This document shows, one piece after another, positions 7,865-9,524 of a stretch of DNA of 9,524 nt (its first letter is position 1; each line of letters opens with the position of its first letter). The notes under the pieces were generated by a model that had not been told where the DNA came from, ran no database searches, and was given only the letters and a program-made list of their open reading frames with translations. Made by a program: the position numbers and the translations under genes. This DNA comes from Selaginella moellendorffii (Eukaryota > Plantae > Lycopodiophyta), in NCBI RefSeq assembly GCF_000143415.4, contig NW_003314502.1, positions 1 through 9,524 on the forward strand. Direction: 5' to 3'.

Positions 7865-9450
7865 TAATTAAAAATTGAGCTCAACTTAACTCTTTAACTC
7901 GTAAGCTCAAAAATGGTCCATGCTCCTTCAATGCTTCTATATTTAATAATGTTTAACAGTGATCTTTAGAAGTGTGTTTTAGAACTTGTGTCTTTAGTTG
8001 GGATTTCTAGTGTGTTTTAGAGTGTGAGAGGAGTTATCTTAAGGCTTGTAACATCCCATGCAAACACCTTGAACTAAATTGTCATGTGTGAGAGTTGCCA
8101 ATATTGTTTTCTAGGAATCTCTTTGCATAGCATCTAGGGCTACAACATGTTTTAGTGCCTTGATGCCCTCACCATAGGGTTTTTTATAGTCTTTATAGCT
8201 CTTGGGGAAATCCAATGGCCTTAAGAGTTTTATGAGTATGAATTTGACATTAACATCACTTCTTTTTCAAGCTAAGGCTCTTTATTTGAGGCTTTTACAT
8301 GTTGTGCCTATGCCATTTGTGGCTCCTCCAAAGCTGCATGGGTAGGATCAATGCTAAGGGGGTAATGGAGTCCATAGCAACACTTTTGCACTTTCCAAGT
8401 TGAGCTATCAAGTGGTGATACATGGCTCAATCACAATAAGTTATCTATAAATTTCTATCTATTGTTAGAAACTCATATGCACACTCCTCCTCATTTATAT
8501 CAACTCAAGTTTGACACTCCAATCTCTAAGTAAACTCCTCATAAGCTCATGACATTGAGCTTTTGCCTCCAGAATAGTCAAATTAATTGGGCCAGCTTGA
8601 CTAATCCTAATTAAAGATCCAAACTAAATACAAGTATTTTGCCTCATTTACACTTTGATCAATAACACAAATTTCTCTTATACCAAAGTGGTTACAATAG
8701 AAGAGGCTTCTGCAATAGGAGTGGGCTTTGGTGTTTCATACTTAATCCCAAAGCAATTATAGAGATCCCAAGCAACAATAAAGGGTTATGATAATTTAGG
8801 CCAAACCACCTAAAGTCAATTTTGAGAGTGGGGATTTGCAAAAAAATTATGTAGAATGAATTCAATGCCACTTGACATTTTTGCATCATTCCATCAACAT
8901 CAACATGGTCTTGCATGGTAAGTAGTAGTTCTTCAAAGTCTTTCTTTATCTCAATAAAGTTTCATAAATGCCCCTTAGCAAAACATGCCTAAAGTTCACT
9001 TAGTCATTTGCCACAAATCTTCTTTTGACTCAACCAACATTCAAGTTATGTAATAACAAGATTGATTTCAAAAAAAACCTTTATAACTTCTTGGCTATTG
9101 ACACTTAGTCTATCATAGCCTCTTGTATAATTACCTATTACTTATAAGCACCTCCTCTCCCAACACTTCCTTAATTTTCTGATGGAGTTGACTCAATAGA
9201 CTCCTCTCTCCTATTTCTAGATTTATCTGGATCTTCATGTTTTACAATAGATGTCAATCGCCACCCACTTCCAAATTTATGAATGTCCTTGGGTATTTTT
9301 TGACCTTAGCTTATGCCATGTCCGGAAGGGGAATTGAGTAAATGCATTTAGAAGTCTTGTAATATATGCAAGGTGGAATTTGAGTTTTGTCCATAAAAAA
9401 TTTGAAAGTGTTTATGGAAGAAAGCAACTTTGGCCAAAAGTTGTGTGTAA
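7865..9450 (-). pseudogene. Long decayed coding region of unknown product (relic Z)
   Basis: Successive coding-like minus-strand segments with transition-type stops and several frameshifts: QKIPKDIHKFGSGWRLTSIVKHEDPDKSRNRREESIESTPSEN; FIEIKKDFEELLLTMQDHVDVDGMMQKC (includes ORF 8692-8916); IVAWDLYNCFGIKYETPKPTPIAEASSIV; NLTILEAKAQCHELMRSLLRDW; SPLDSSTWKVQKCCYGLHYPLSIDPTHAALEEPQ. Boundaries are approximate. Confidence 0.45.
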
Positions 9451-9524
9451 ACACTATAGTGCCATGCTAACCAATAGTTGGCATAAGAAATAATTACTAT
9501 TGTCTTAACAAGAAGTTAAATCAA

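Noticed and set aside
8047-8057. TGTAACATCCC, resembling an LTR start
   Set aside because: No partner end with TSD, PPT or correctly oriented PBS, and the minus-strand coding-like frame runs through it.
8675-8696. PBS-like TGGTATAAGAG preceded by CA on the minus strand
   Set aside because: It lies within a continuous coding-like frame of relic Z and there is no other LTR evidence; probably chance.

Overview
Eukaryotic, plant-like repeat-rich DNA (plant tRNA-iMet primer-binding site, strong C>T/G>A decay; a bryophyte such as a moss is my guess, not proven) with no intact gene. None of the supplied ORFs looks like an intact gene: they are repeat artefacts or fragments of decayed frames. Left part (1-3799): three related LTRs nested in alternating orientation. 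These are LTR-A (minus, 1499-2597, with PBS at 1484-1495 and a decayed internal region running off the left edge), the 3' part of LTR-B (plus, 2598-3543) and the 5' part of LTR-C (minus, 3544-3799). A and C carry TCGGAC-type tandem arrays; A and B carry 19-bp repeats and a terminal hairpin. Both inner insertions sit inside a tandem repeat of the older LTR. Right part (3800-9524): a tightly packed cluster of four decayed reading frames. One is a recognisable Mutator-like (MULE) DDE transposase relic (plus, 5152 to about 6186/6700), one is a convergent relic resembling a MULE C-terminal domain, and two are unrecognised minus-strand relics. Three of the four are interrupted by unusually short, uniform 51-58 nt intron candidates. 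The most interesting hypothesis is a fossil multi-gene MULE-like DNA transposon with compact introns, later invaded by a self-nesting LTR family.
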